Positions 34,894 through 43,741 of a stretch of DNA of 64,000 nucleotides are shown in pieces. Every line of letters starts with the position of its first letter. The first letter of the stretch is position 1. Both the position numbers and the translations under genes were made by a program. The notes below the pieces were generated by a model. That model was given only the letters and a program-made list of their open reading frames with translations, made no database searches and was not told the origin of the DNA. The stretch covers positions 209,610-273,609 of the forward strand of contig OZ244195.1 of the NCBI GenBank assembly GCA_965216685.1. The letters run 5' to 3'. The stretch comes from Acidimicrobiales bacterium. GTDB lineage: Bacteria; Actinomycetota; Acidimicrobiia; Acidimicrobiales; SZUA-35.

Positions 34894-35201
34894 TTTCTCC
34901 TCTTCGGTTTCTCCGAACTCCGGTAGACCGACGTTCCGGCGTGTACCACTTCATCGAGAATCATCACCACGGCGGCATCGACCGCCCGGCCCCGGCTGGC
35001 CGCCGGCTGCCGAGCCGCCGATCCGGTGGTCACCAGGACCCAGTCACCGACACCGGCCCCCAGATCGTCGACCGCCACCTCGCCCGGTTGCTGCACCTTG
35101 CCGGCGCCGTCGACCAGGTCGACGACCAGGAGCTTGCGGCCGGCCAGGCCTTCGGCCTTGATCGTGCCGGTCACGGTGCCGACGATGCGGCCGATCCTCA
35201 C
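34890..35201 (-). CDS. BMC-P vertex protein (EutN/CcmL-type pentamer)
   Basis: [27 protein letters not shown]....G......[23 protein letters not shown]....DAAVVMILD is a canonical EutN/CcmL pattern. Confidence 0.85.
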   Translation of the reverse strand: MRIGRIVGTVTGTIKAEGLAGRKLLVVDLVDGAGKVQQPGEVAVDDLGAGVGDWVLVTTGSAARQPAASRGRAVDAAVVMILDEVVHAGTSVYRSSEKPKRRK

Positions 35202-35204
35202 CGG

Positions 35205-36491
35205 TCAGAACCTCCGCAGGTAACGCGCCGTTTCCACCGGCGTCACCTGCTGGGCCATGAACTCGATCTCCCGCTCGGCCTGCCCGATCCAGATGCCGAG
35301 GAGATCTTCCCCCAGCAGATCGGCCACGAACTCCGATTCCCGAGCTGCGGCCACGGCGGCCTCGATGGTCACGGGAATGGGTTGGGCCTCGCCGTTCTCG
35401 TAGGCGTTGCCCAGGTCGGGATCGCCGGGATCGAGATCCTCCTCGATTCCCCGTAGACCGGCGGCGATCTGGGAGGCCAGTAGGTAATAAGGGTTGGTAT
35501 CAGCCGAGCCGTCGCGCTGTTCGATGCGGACCGCGCTGTCGTGGCCCTCGATGACCCGGAGGCCGACGGTGCGGTTGTCGTATCCCCAGGCGTTGTTGGT
35601 GGGGCAGAAGGTGTAGGGCTGACGGCGACGGTAGGCGTTGGGGGTGGACGCCGACAGCAACGCCGTTTCCGCCATGTGTCGTCTCATGCCGGCCAGATAC
35701 TGGCGGCCGATGGCCGACAGCTTGCCGCCATCGGCGAAGATGTTCTTGCCGTCGCGCCAGGCCGAGTGATGGACGTGGAATCCCGAGCCGGACTCCTCGA
35801 AGAACGGCTTCGACATGAAGGTGGCGACGTAGCCGTTGGCCACCGCCAGTTGTTTGATCATGCCCCGGAAGGCCACCACGTTGTCGGCGGTGGCCATGGC
35901 TTCGCCGTAACGGATGTTGACCTCGACCTGACCGGCGGCGTACTCCGGGTTCGACTGTTCGATGGGGATGCCGGCGGCGGTGAGGTCGTTGCGGATCGGA
36001 CCGAGGATCGATTCCAGCTCCATGGCCCGTTCCAGGCCGTAGACCTCGATGCCCGAGTCGCGGGGCCGCAGGGTCTCGGGGTCGAGCAGATAGAACTCGA
36101 GTTCGGCTCCGATGGAGATCTCCAGCCCCATGTCGGCCGCTTTGTCGGCCACCTTGAGCATCACGTTGCGGGGGTCGATGGGGCAGGGTGCGCCGTCCTC
36201 GGTCTGAACCTTTCCGGGACAGAAGGCGGCGCCGGGATCCCAGGCCATGGGCCGCACCTCGTCCGAGTCGGGGAGCACGAAGATGTCGGGGTAGCCGGTC
36301 TCGAAGTTGGTGTAGGGCGTGTCCCAGATGTCGCATGTCATGTCGAGAGCGAAGATGGCGTTGGACATGGCCATGCCGTGCTCGGCCACAGTGGGCCAGT
36401 GACTGGCCGGGATGCGTTTGCCCCGGAGGATGCCGTTGGTGTCCCCCACGCCCAGGACAACGGTGTGAATTCCCTCGGGCAGCTGGCTCAT
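35205..36491 (-). CDS. glutamine-synthetase-family gamma-glutamyl-amine ligase (GmaS/PuuA/GlnA3-like)
   Basis: GS catalytic-domain motifs are present (GAELEFYLLD, NPEYAAGQVEVNIRY, KPFFEESGSGFHVHHS, NAYRRR). It is the first gene of the BMC operon. Confidence 0.75.
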   Translation of the reverse strand: MSQLPEGIHTVVLGVGDTNGILRGKRIPASHWPTVAEHGMAMSNAIFALDMTCDIWDTPYTNFETGYPDIFVLPDSDEVRPMAWDPGAAFCPGKVQTEDGAPCPIDPRNVMLKVADKAADMGLEISIGAELEFYLLDPETLRPRDSGIEVYGLERAMELESILGPIRNDLTAAGIPIEQSNPEYAAGQVEVNIRYGEAMATADNVVAFRGMIKQLAVANGYVATFMSKPFFEESGSGFHVHHSAWRDGKNIFADGGKLSAIGRQYLAGMRRHMAETALLSASTPNAYRRRQPYTFCPTNNAWGYDNRTVGLRVIEGHDSAVRIEQRDGSADTNPYYLLASQIAAGLRGIEEDLDPGDPDLGNAYENGEAQPIPVTIEAAVAAARESEFVADLLGEDLLGIWIGQAEREIEFMAQQVTPVETARYLRRF

Positions 36492-36594
36492 TTGTTCTCC
36501 TCGTGCATGGTTCCCCCAATGCCGTAGTCGTTGGTCCCCGGTTCGTCTCCCACCGGAGCGGCTCTGATCGCGGCTTGCCCTACCCTACATCGAC

Positions 36595-36609
36595 TGAATA
36601 CAGTATTCA
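36595..36609. promoter_or_regulatory. operator-like perfect palindrome, copy d (TGAATAC-A-GTATTCA)
   Basis: It lies between the divergent GS-like/BMC operon (start 36491) and the FAD oxidoreductase gene, ending 2 nt before that gene's ATG at 36612. Confidence 0.6.
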
Positions 36610-36611
36610 AT

Positions 36612-37754
36612 ATGCCTGAAGCCGACGTTGTCATCGCCGGAGCCGGCATCGTCGGACTGTGCACCGCCCGCGAGCTTCAGGCCGCCGGGGCCGACGTCAT
36701 GCTGGTCGACCCATGGGAGCCAGGCCACGCCCGCCAGGCGTCAGCCGGCATCCACCGGGTCATCCGCTCGACCCACGGCAGCGATGAGCTGTACACCCGT
36801 TGGGCCCGGGAATCACGGCTGCGGTGGCTGGAGATGCAGGCCACCACCGACACCCCCATCTACCACGAATGCGGGGCCGTGGTCCTCGCCGCCGAAGGCC
36901 ACGACGAATGGGAGATGGCAACCATCCCGACCTTCGACCGGCTCGGCATCCCCTACCTGCGCCTGTCACCCGATGAGCTGGTGGTTCGCTTCCCCACCTT
37001 CGACCCCCGGCAGGTGGCCTTTGCCCTCTACGAACCGGAGGCCGGCTTTCTCTGGTCCCGCAACATCGTGCGCAAACTCTACGCCGACTTCCTGACCGCC
37101 GGCGGGCGGTTCCGGCGAACCCGGTTGACCGTGTCCGACGACGAGCGGCCGCTGCTGGAGGGCCGACCGGTGGAGGCCGAACACACCGTCATCGCCAACG
37201 GGGCGTGGATGGGATATCTACTGCGCTCCTCCCTGGGTCGCCTGCTGCGGGTGGTCCGCCAAGACATCATCTACACCAGCGTTCCCGAAAACGACGACCG
37301 CTGGCACGCCGACCGCCATCCGGTCTGGATCGACCACGGCTACGGGGCCTACGGCATCCCCGACGCCGGAGGCTACGGCTTCAAGGCCGCCATTGCCTGG
37401 CATGAGTCCGACATCAGGCTCGACGACGACGACCGGGTGGTCGATCGGGCCTCCATGGCCCGGTCCCAGCAGTATTTGGGTTACCGCTTCCCCGACATCG
37501 CCGGGCAGGCCATCGTCGACCAGAAGGTATGCCAGATCGTCATGACCCCCGACACCCACTTCCTGCTCGACACCCACCCTGAGCATTCCGATGTGATTCT
37601 GGCCGGTGGCGGATCGGGGTCGATCTTCAAACACGGCCCGGTGGTCGGCGCCTACGTGGCCGGCATGGTTCAGGGCCGCTGGCGGCCCGACGACCGTTTC
37701 ACCCTGGCCAACCGGCGAAGCCTGTCGATGGCCGAATCCCCCTCCGGCCGCTAG
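36612..37754 (+). CDS. FAD-dependent amine/sarcosine-oxidase-like oxidoreductase (DAO family)
   Basis: ATG 36612 gives MPEADVVIAGAGIVGLCTARELQAAGADVMLVD (a dinucleotide fold at the N-terminus). The track start at 36531 (TTG) would put the palindrome inside the coding sequence. Confidence 0.75.
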   Translation: MPEADVVIAGAGIVGLCTARELQAAGADVMLVDPWEPGHARQASAGIHRVIRSTHGSDELYTRWARESRLRWLEMQATTDTPIYHECGAVVLAAEGHDEWEMATIPTFDRLGIPYLRLSPDELVVRFPTFDPRQVAFALYEPEAGFLWSRNIVRKLYADFLTAGGRFRRTRLTVSDDERPLLEGRPVEAEHTVIANGAWMGYLLRSSLGRLLRVVRQDIIYTSVPENDDRWHADRHPVWIDHGYGAYGIPDAGGYGFKAAIAWHESDIRLDDDDRVVDRASMARSQQYLGYRFPDIAGQAIVDQKVCQIVMTPDTHFLLDTHPEHSDVILAGGGSGSIFKHGPVVGAYVAGMVQGRWRPDDRFTLANRRSLSMAESPSGR

Positions 37755-37771
37755 CGTGCAGCCGGACACCC

Positions 37772-37786
37772 CAGCGCACAAACCTC
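37772..37786. repeat. solo right arm of the hairpin family (CAGCGCACAAACCTC)
   Basis: It is a 15-nt exact match to 58102-58116 and lies between convergent genes ending at 37754 and 37803. Confidence 0.5.
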
Positions 37787-37802
37787 GTGGGTGAGGCCGG
37801 GC

Positions 37803-38480
37803 TCAGTCGGGTTCGGTTGTCGGTCCGAACCTCAGCCCGAGGATGCAGCCCAGGTCGGCCAGGGCCCGACCGCGATGGCTGATGGCCCCCTTCTCCGCCC
37901 GCGACATCTCGGCAAACGTGCGGCCGTCGCCCTCATCGGGCACAAAGATCGGGTCATAGCCGAACCCCCCTGAGCCTCGCGGCTCGGTGGTGATGGTGCC
38001 GTCGACCCGACCCCAGGCCAACACCCACACTCCCCGGCGAATCGGCTCGGGCAGCGTCGGCCAATCGGGAATGGAACGACCGAACCCCAACGCGATGATG
38101 GTCTCGAAGTAGGCCCGACGGTCGCTCGCCTCCTCCATCTCGGTCAACAGCTTGGCCTGGTTGGCCTCGCCGTCGGCCTCGGGACCGGCATATCGTGCGC
38201 TGTACACGCCGGGTCGCCAGTTGAGGGCGGGCACGAACAACCCCGTGTCGTCGGCCAGAGCCGCCTGGCCGGTATGGCTCCTGACCTCGTCCGCCTTCTT
38301 GTGGGCGTTGCCGGCCAGCGAATCCTGATCCTCGACGGTCTCGGCCAAGTCGGTCGGCCGGGGCTCGACGGCGAAGTGTTCACCGAGGAGGTCGACCAGT
38401 TCGGCCACCTTGCCCGGGTTCTCGGTGGCCAGGATCAGTCGGGGCCGCTCCCTCGCCGTTCCGACCAGGGTCCGGGTCAA
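37803..38480 (-). CDS. rdgB: RdgB/HAM1-family non-canonical purine NTP pyrophosphatase
   Basis: [47 protein letters not shown] and the ISHRGRAL motif. Confidence 0.85.
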   Translation of the reverse strand: MTRTLVGTARERPRLILATENPGKVAELVDLLGEHFAVEPRPTDLAETVEDQDSLAGNAHKKADEVRSHTGQAALADDTGLFVPALNWRPGVYSARYAGPEADGEANQAKLLTEMEEASDRRAYFETIIALGFGRSIPDWPTLPEPIRRGVWVLAWGRVDGTITTEPRGSGGFGYDPIFVPDEGDGRTFAEMSRAEKGAISHRGRALADLGCILGLRFGPTTEPD

Positions 38481-39196
38481 CGAGGATCGGGCGGGGTCGC
38501 CGTCACCGCATTCTGATGCTCGACGATCTGGGCGATGCCGGCCGATGCCAGGTCGATCATCGTGGTCAGCTGATCCCGGTCGAACACCTCACCTTCGGCT
38601 GTGCCCTGGACCTCGATGAAGCCACCGGAGCCACTCATCACCACGTTCATGTCGACAGCGGCCGCCGCATCCTCGATGTAGGGCAGATCGAGTCGACATT
38701 CGCCGTCGACCACGCCGACGCTCACCGCGGCACAGTTGTCGGTGAGCGGGTGGGCGGCCAGCTCACCGGCGACCACCAGGCGGGCCAGGGCGTCGTGCAG
38801 GGCCACATAGCCGCCACAGATCGAAGCCGTTCGGGTACCGCCGTCGGCCTGCAACACATCGCAGTCGACGGTGATCGACCGCTCCCCCAGTGCCTTGAGG
38901 TCGCAGACCGCCCGCAGACTGCGACCGATCAGCCGTTGGATCTCCTGATCCCGTCCCGACGTTCGGCGTCGGATCCGTTCGGAGCTCGAACCCGGCAACA
39001 TGCTGTACTCGGCGGTGACCCAGCCCTTGCCGCTGTCCCGCAGCCAGCGGGGAACATCGGACTCAATCGAGGCCGTGCACAGCACCCGGGTCCGCCCGAA
39101 GGAGACCAGTACCGAACCATCGGCCATATCGGTGAAGTCGCGCTGGAACGACACCGGTCGCAGTTCGTCGTTGGCTCGGCCGTCAGGTCGTTGCAT
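38477..39196 (-). CDS. rph: ribonuclease PH
   Basis: [43 protein letters not shown] and [16 protein letters not shown] chose the ATG at 39196 over the track start at 39232. Confidence 0.9.
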   Translation of the reverse strand: MQRPDGRANDELRPVSFQRDFTDMADGSVLVSFGRTRVLCTASIESDVPRWLRDSGKGWVTAEYSMLPGSSSERIRRRTSGRDQEIQRLIGRSLRAVCDLKALGERSITVDCDVLQADGGTRTASICGGYVALHDALARLVVAGELAAHPLTDNCAAVSVGVVDGECRLDLPYIEDAAAAVDMNVVMSGSGGFIEVQGTAEGEVFDRDQLTTMIDLASAGIAQIVEHQNAVTATPPDPR

Positions 39197-39262
39197 TGCA
39201 GGGTCTCCCGTGATCGCTTGTCGCCCGAGCATAGGCCGCGTCGGACCCTAATCGCGGACCTC

Positions 39263-40108
39263 TCAGGCTCGGCCCGGTTGCCAGAGGCTGGCTCCAACCA
39301 GTTCGGGTCCCAGCAAACGGCTACCCAACCGGGTGAAGGACCGCACGTCGCCGGAGGAGATGAACTCCCGGGTTCCCGTTCGGGCCTTGTCAGGATGGCT
39401 CAGGCCGGTGTGCTGTAACAGATCGGCCAGAGCGAAAGCCGTCTCGTCGGCCGATGACACCAGAACCACCTGTCGGCCGATCACATCGGCGATCACCCGG
39501 GCCAGGTAGGGATAGTGGGTGCAGCCCAGCAACAGGGCGTCGATGTCCGACTGCAGCAACGGGGCCAGCAGACGGCGGGCCAGCAACTCCACCTCCGGTC
39601 CGCTGGTCACGCCTCGCTCGACGAACTCCACGAAACCGGGACAGGCCAACGACACCAGATCGGCGCTCGGATCGACGTGGGCCATGGCTTTGTCGTAGGC
39701 CCCGGACGAGACGGTGCCCACCGTGCCGATCACGGCCATGCGCCCGGACCCGCTGGCCTGGACGAGCGCTCGGACGCCGGGGTCTATCACCCCGACCACG
39801 GGGATCGGCAGAATGTCGGCCAACAGGTCGAGGGCGGCCGCCGTGGCGGTGTTGCAGGCCACCACCAGCAGCTTGATGTCGTAGGCCGTGACCAGGTGTT
39901 CGGCAATCTCGGTGGCATAGGCCCGCACCTCGTCGAGCGACCGGGAACCATAGGGATAGCGGGCGGTGTCACCCAGGTAGACGAGATCCTCGTTGGGCAG
40001 CAGGTCGATGGTGGCCCGGGCCACGGTCAGGCCACCAAAGCCACTGTCGAACATGCCAATGGGTCGAACACCGTCGATTGGGGCAGAGACGGAATCGTGG
40101 TTGGTCAT
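39263..40108 (-). CDS. murI: glutamate racemase
   Basis: IGMFDSGFGGLTVA, VVACNTA and LGCTHYP motifs. Confidence 0.9.
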   Translation of the reverse strand: MTNHDSVSAPIDGVRPIGMFDSGFGGLTVARATIDLLPNEDLVYLGDTARYPYGSRSLDEVRAYATEIAEHLVTAYDIKLLVVACNTATAAALDLLADILPIPVVGVIDPGVRALVQASGSGRMAVIGTVGTVSSGAYDKAMAHVDPSADLVSLACPGFVEFVERGVTSGPEVELLARRLLAPLLQSDIDALLLGCTHYPYLARVIADVIGRQVVLVSSADETAFALADLLQHTGLSHPDKARTGTREFISSGDVRSFTRLGSRLLGPELVGASLWQPGRA

Positions 40109-40225
40109 TGATCTGATGCGCTTAGGTTAGGCGGCTCATCGGGTTGAGCAGTCGATCCCGATTGCTGGATTCGGCGGTGAAACGCCGCGTAGTCTGGCCT
40201 TCGGATCTGGGTGGTGACCACGAAG

Positions 40226-40255
40226 AGCGGCCGGGCATCGAGCCCGGCCGCTTTT
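40226..40255. terminator. 11-bp GC hairpin with a T-tract (AGCGGCCGGGC-ATCGA-GCCCGGCCGCT-TTT)
   Basis: It lies 14 nt beyond the cfa stop. The T-tract is on the plus strand, so the orientation is ambiguous (see findings). Confidence 0.5.
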
Positions 40256-40266
40256 CCTTATGGTGA

Positions 40267-41613
40267 CTAGCGGGCGACGGTGGGGACGTCGGTCAGTTGA
40301 GGGCGCCAGTTCCGCCCCACCAGACTCATGTGGTTGACGGTGCAGTGCCGTTCTAGAAATCCGGCCTCGCAATAGCACAGGTAGAAGCGCCAGAGCCGAT
40401 GGAAGCGATCGTCCAATCCCAGATTCGCCAGTTCCGCCCGGCCCTGCTCGAACCGCTCTCGCCACCGCCTCAGCGTTTCGGCGTAGTGGGCCGAGAAGTC
40501 ATTGAGCCCGACCAGCTGCATTCCGGTCCCGGTCGAAACAGCCTCGACCACCGCACCGATCGACGGCAGGTAACCGCCGGGGAAAACGAAGCGACGAATG
40601 AAGTCCTCGGTGTTCTTCGTTCTCTGGTAACGGCGGTCGGGAACACAGATGGCTTGAAGAACGGCCATGCCGTCGGGCTTGAGACACTCTTCGATGGTGC
40701 GGAAGAAACGGCGGTAGTGGCGCCAGTCGACGGCCTCGATCATCTCCAGCGACACCACTCGATCGTATGAGCCCTCCAGGTCCCGCCAATCGCGATCGAT
40801 CACCCTGACCCGGTCCTCCAGGTCGGCGGCGGCGATCCGTTGCCGGGCCAGCTTGAGCTGCTCGGTCGAGATGGTGGTGGTGGTGACCCGGCAGCCGGTT
40901 CGCTGGGCCGCCCGGATGGCCATGCCGCCCCAACCGGTACCGATCTCGAGGAGGTGATGGTCGGCGGTCAAGCCGAGGGCATCGATGACCATGTCGTACT
41001 TGTGGGTGCTGGCTTCGGCCAGCGACGCCTCGGGCCGGGGAAACACAGCCGACGAGTAGGTCATGGTCTCGTCCAGGAACAGGTCGAAGAAGTGGTTGCC
41101 CAGGTCGTAGTGGGCCGCAATCTCCTCTTTGTTGGCCCGGCGACCGGAGCGGGGCAGGGAACGCCGCACCCGGTCCGAGACCGGTGCCACCGCGACGCTG
41201 AGCCGGTTACGAATCTCGTCGATCGGCCGGATGTTGGCGATGACGAGCCGGATCACCGCCACCGGATCGGGGCTGCTCCACCACCGTTCTATGTAGCCCC
41301 GTCCGAAGCCGATCGAACCCTCGGCCAGGACGGCCGACCATGCCCTTTGGTCGTGGATCTCCACTGTCGCCTGGTGGCCCCCAACGGAGCCGGTCGGCCC
41401 GACGCCCGGTTCCGGGTAGCTCGTGGTGACCCCGGTCGTGTGGTCGACCACCGTCAGCCGCCCGTCGGTCAGCCGCTTCAACAGCCGCTCGAAGACGTGC
41501 CGGGCCATCCCGGTCCGTACGGCGGCCAGCGACCACGACGTCCGATCCGATCGCTCCAGCAGAGCCTGAACCCGGACCTGATCGGGTGGAGTGTCAACGT
41601 TGAGCAGATCCAT
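40267..41613 (-). CDS. cfa: cyclopropane-fatty-acyl-phospholipid synthase family SAM methyltransferase
   Basis: LLEIGTGWGGMAIRAA SAM motif and a C-terminal FHRLWRFYLCYCEAGF. ATG 41613 has an AGGAG site 8 nt upstream. Confidence 0.85.
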   Translation of the reverse strand: MDLLNVDTPPDQVRVQALLERSDRTSWSLAAVRTGMARHVFERLLKRLTDGRLTVVDHTTGVTTSYPEPGVGPTGSVGGHQATVEIHDQRAWSAVLAEGSIGFGRGYIERWWSSPDPVAVIRLVIANIRPIDEIRNRLSVAVAPVSDRVRRSLPRSGRRANKEEIAAHYDLGNHFFDLFLDETMTYSSAVFPRPEASLAEASTHKYDMVIDALGLTADHHLLEIGTGWGGMAIRAAQRTGCRVTTTTISTEQLKLARQRIAAADLEDRVRVIDRDWRDLEGSYDRVVSLEMIEAVDWRHYRRFFRTIEECLKPDGMAVLQAICVPDRRYQRTKNTEDFIRRFVFPGGYLPSIGAVVEAVSTGTGMQLVGLNDFSAHYAETLRRWRERFEQGRAELANLGLDDRFHRLWRFYLCYCEAGFLERHCTVNHMSLVGRNWRPQLTDVPTVAR

Positions 41614-42452
41614 GAGCTGTTCTCCTTTTCGGGTGGGGGACGAAGGGAACGCCTTTGGCCAGTAGCCGAGCCGCTTGACGGTGGATGCCGACACTGATCC
41701 GGTGGGTGGGCAGGCCGTCGCGTCGCAGGGTCCGACCCAACGTCGCTGCGGTTACCGGTTGCCGTTCCAGAGACATGCCGGCCTGCAACACCAGACGACC
41801 GTCGCCGTCGGACACGTCGATGCTGATATCGAGCGGCGGTACCGGCCCGGCGGGGGGAAACCGCCCGGGCCGCCCGGGCCGCTCGAGCTGCTCGAGCTGC
41901 TCGGAGACCTGCAGGTGATAGACCAGATCCGGGCCGAGGAAGGGCGAGACGTGCAACTCCTTGTCGAAGGTGGCCTGAAACCCACCTGATCCATCGGGCG
42001 TGAGGGCCAGTGGGTAGTGGTGGCACTCCTTCCATGGCGTGTTGGTGACTTCGAGAACCGCGCCGACGGGGCCGGCGTCGGGCCGATCAGCCGGTGGAGG
42101 CCGATCGGGCCACACGAGGTAGACCGAGATGGGGTTGAACAGCCAACCCCAACGACGGGGTTGGGTCAGCAGTCTGATGTCACCGGGCACGGCCGCCGGG
42201 TCGACGGTGGAAATCAGCTTGGCGGACCATGGCGGCCGGCGGCGTTGCGTCGTCGGGTCCATAGTCGGATGGGCGAATCTGTCCTGGCCGGAAGGGGCCG
42301 GTCGACCAGGCCCAGTGGAGGTCGGTGACCGCCTCGGGACGGTCAGGGTCGAACCACAGATAGGTGACGGGATAGGAGAACTCATGAAATCGGGGATGGT
42401 GCCGACGGTGCCACACCGTTCCCCGACACAACGACGCCGGGCCGGATCTCAT
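41594..42452 (-). pseudogene. DUF1365-family gene interrupted by a frameshift
   Basis: The N-terminal family motif (LCRGTVWHRRHHPRFHEFSYPVTYLWFDPD) is in the frame of ORF 42180..42485. The rest (IRLLTQPRRWGWLFNPISVY...LEVTNTPWKECHHY) is in the frame of ORF 41594..42385. ATG 42452 overlaps the upstream oxidoreductase stop (ATGA). Confidence 0.6.
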
Positions 42453-43741
42453 GACCGTCGCCAGTCGATTCCCAGGTCCCGGCACACCTCAACGGCGGAC
42501 CGCATGCCGTCTTCGTGGAAGCCATAGCCCGTCCAGGCACCACAGAACCAGATACCGCCGGAGCCGTTGCGACCCAATACTCGCTGCTGGGCCCCGATGG
42601 CGGCATGATCAAAGACGGGGTGGGAGTAGTCGAAATGCTGAATTGTCTTGTCCGGATCAATCTGGTCTTCGCTATTCAGCGTAACCAGGTATCGGGTTTC
42701 TGTAGGTAGTCGCATCAAGCGAGTAAGGTCATAGGTCACGGTCGGGGCGGCGTTGGCGGTGGGTGAGCGAGGATGCAGGCGATAATTCCAGGCCGCCCAA
42801 GCCCGGGTTTGGGGCGGTAGAAGCCCGATGTCGGTATGGAGCGTCGCCCGGTTCGGCTGGTAGCGAATGGCGGCCAGGTCGGCGGCCGTTTCAGCCGAGT
42901 CGGACACGCCGGCCGACCTGATCAGTTCTGCGCTCTGATCGCTGTGGCAGGCAAGGATCACCTGATCGAACCGCTCCTTTGTATCGTCGGTCACCACCGT
43001 GACTCCGTCGGTCGATCCAACGATCCGGCGTACCGGACACTGTCGGTGGACCGTGCCGGCAAAGCGCTGTTCGATGGCGGCCACGTAGTTGCGGCTGCCA
43101 CCGGACACCGTTTTCCACTGTGGACGATCACCGATACTCAACAGCCCGTGATTGGCCAGGAACCTCAGCAAGCTGACGGCGGGAAAGTCGGCGAATCGGG
43201 TTGGCGGGGTCGACCAGACGGCCGCACCCATCGGGATCAGATGCCGGTCGATGAATGCTGCGCTGTACCGCCCGTCGATCAAGAGTTGACCGATGGTGAG
43301 GTGGAGCAGCTCATCCTCACCGTCGTCGGCCCGCTGGAGCAGCCGCCGACCCGAGCGGTGGAATCGCACCACGTCGATCAGCAGCCTCCACATGGTGGGA
43401 TCGACGATCCGTCGTCGCTGGGCGAAGATCGTGTTGAGGTTGGTGGCCCGGTAGTAGAAATCGGCGCCGGGATCGTGCACGGCGAAACTCATCTCACTGT
43501 CGACCACGGCAATGCCCAGCTCCTCGAACAGCTGGACCAGATCGGGGTAGTTGCGATCGTTGTGCACGATGAACCCCGTGTCGATGGCCAGTGGCCCGAC
43601 TTCGGGATCGTTGACAGTCACGGTGTTGGCATGGCCGCCGAGCCGACTCTGCGCCTCGTAGAGCACCACCTGGTGATGAGGGCCCAGAATGTGGCAGCAG
43701 GCCAAGCCGGCAATACCGGAGCCGACGACGGCTAGACGCAC
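42449..43741 (-). CDS. NAD(P)/FAD-dependent amine-oxidase-like oxidoreductase (cfa-cluster type)
   Basis: MRLAVVGSGIAGLACCHIL dinucleotide fold. The order oxidoreductase, DUF1365, cfa is a conserved arrangement. Confidence 0.75.
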   Translation of the reverse strand: MRLAVVGSGIAGLACCHILGPHHQVVLYEAQSRLGGHANTVTVNDPEVGPLAIDTGFIVHNDRNYPDLVQLFEELGIAVVDSEMSFAVHDPGADFYYRATNLNTIFAQRRRIVDPTMWRLLIDVVRFHRSGRRLLQRADDGEDELLHLTIGQLLIDGRYSAAFIDRHLIPMGAAVWSTPPTRFADFPAVSLLRFLANHGLLSIGDRPQWKTVSGGSRNYVAAIEQRFAGTVHRQCPVRRIVGSTDGVTVVTDDTKERFDQVILACHSDQSAELIRSAGVSDSAETAADLAAIRYQPNRATLHTDIGLLPPQTRAWAAWNYRLHPRSPTANAAPTVTYDLTRLMRLPTETRYLVTLNSEDQIDPDKTIQHFDYSHPVFDHAAIGAQQRVLGRNGSGGIWFCGAWTGYGFHEDGMRSAVEVCRDLGIDWRRS

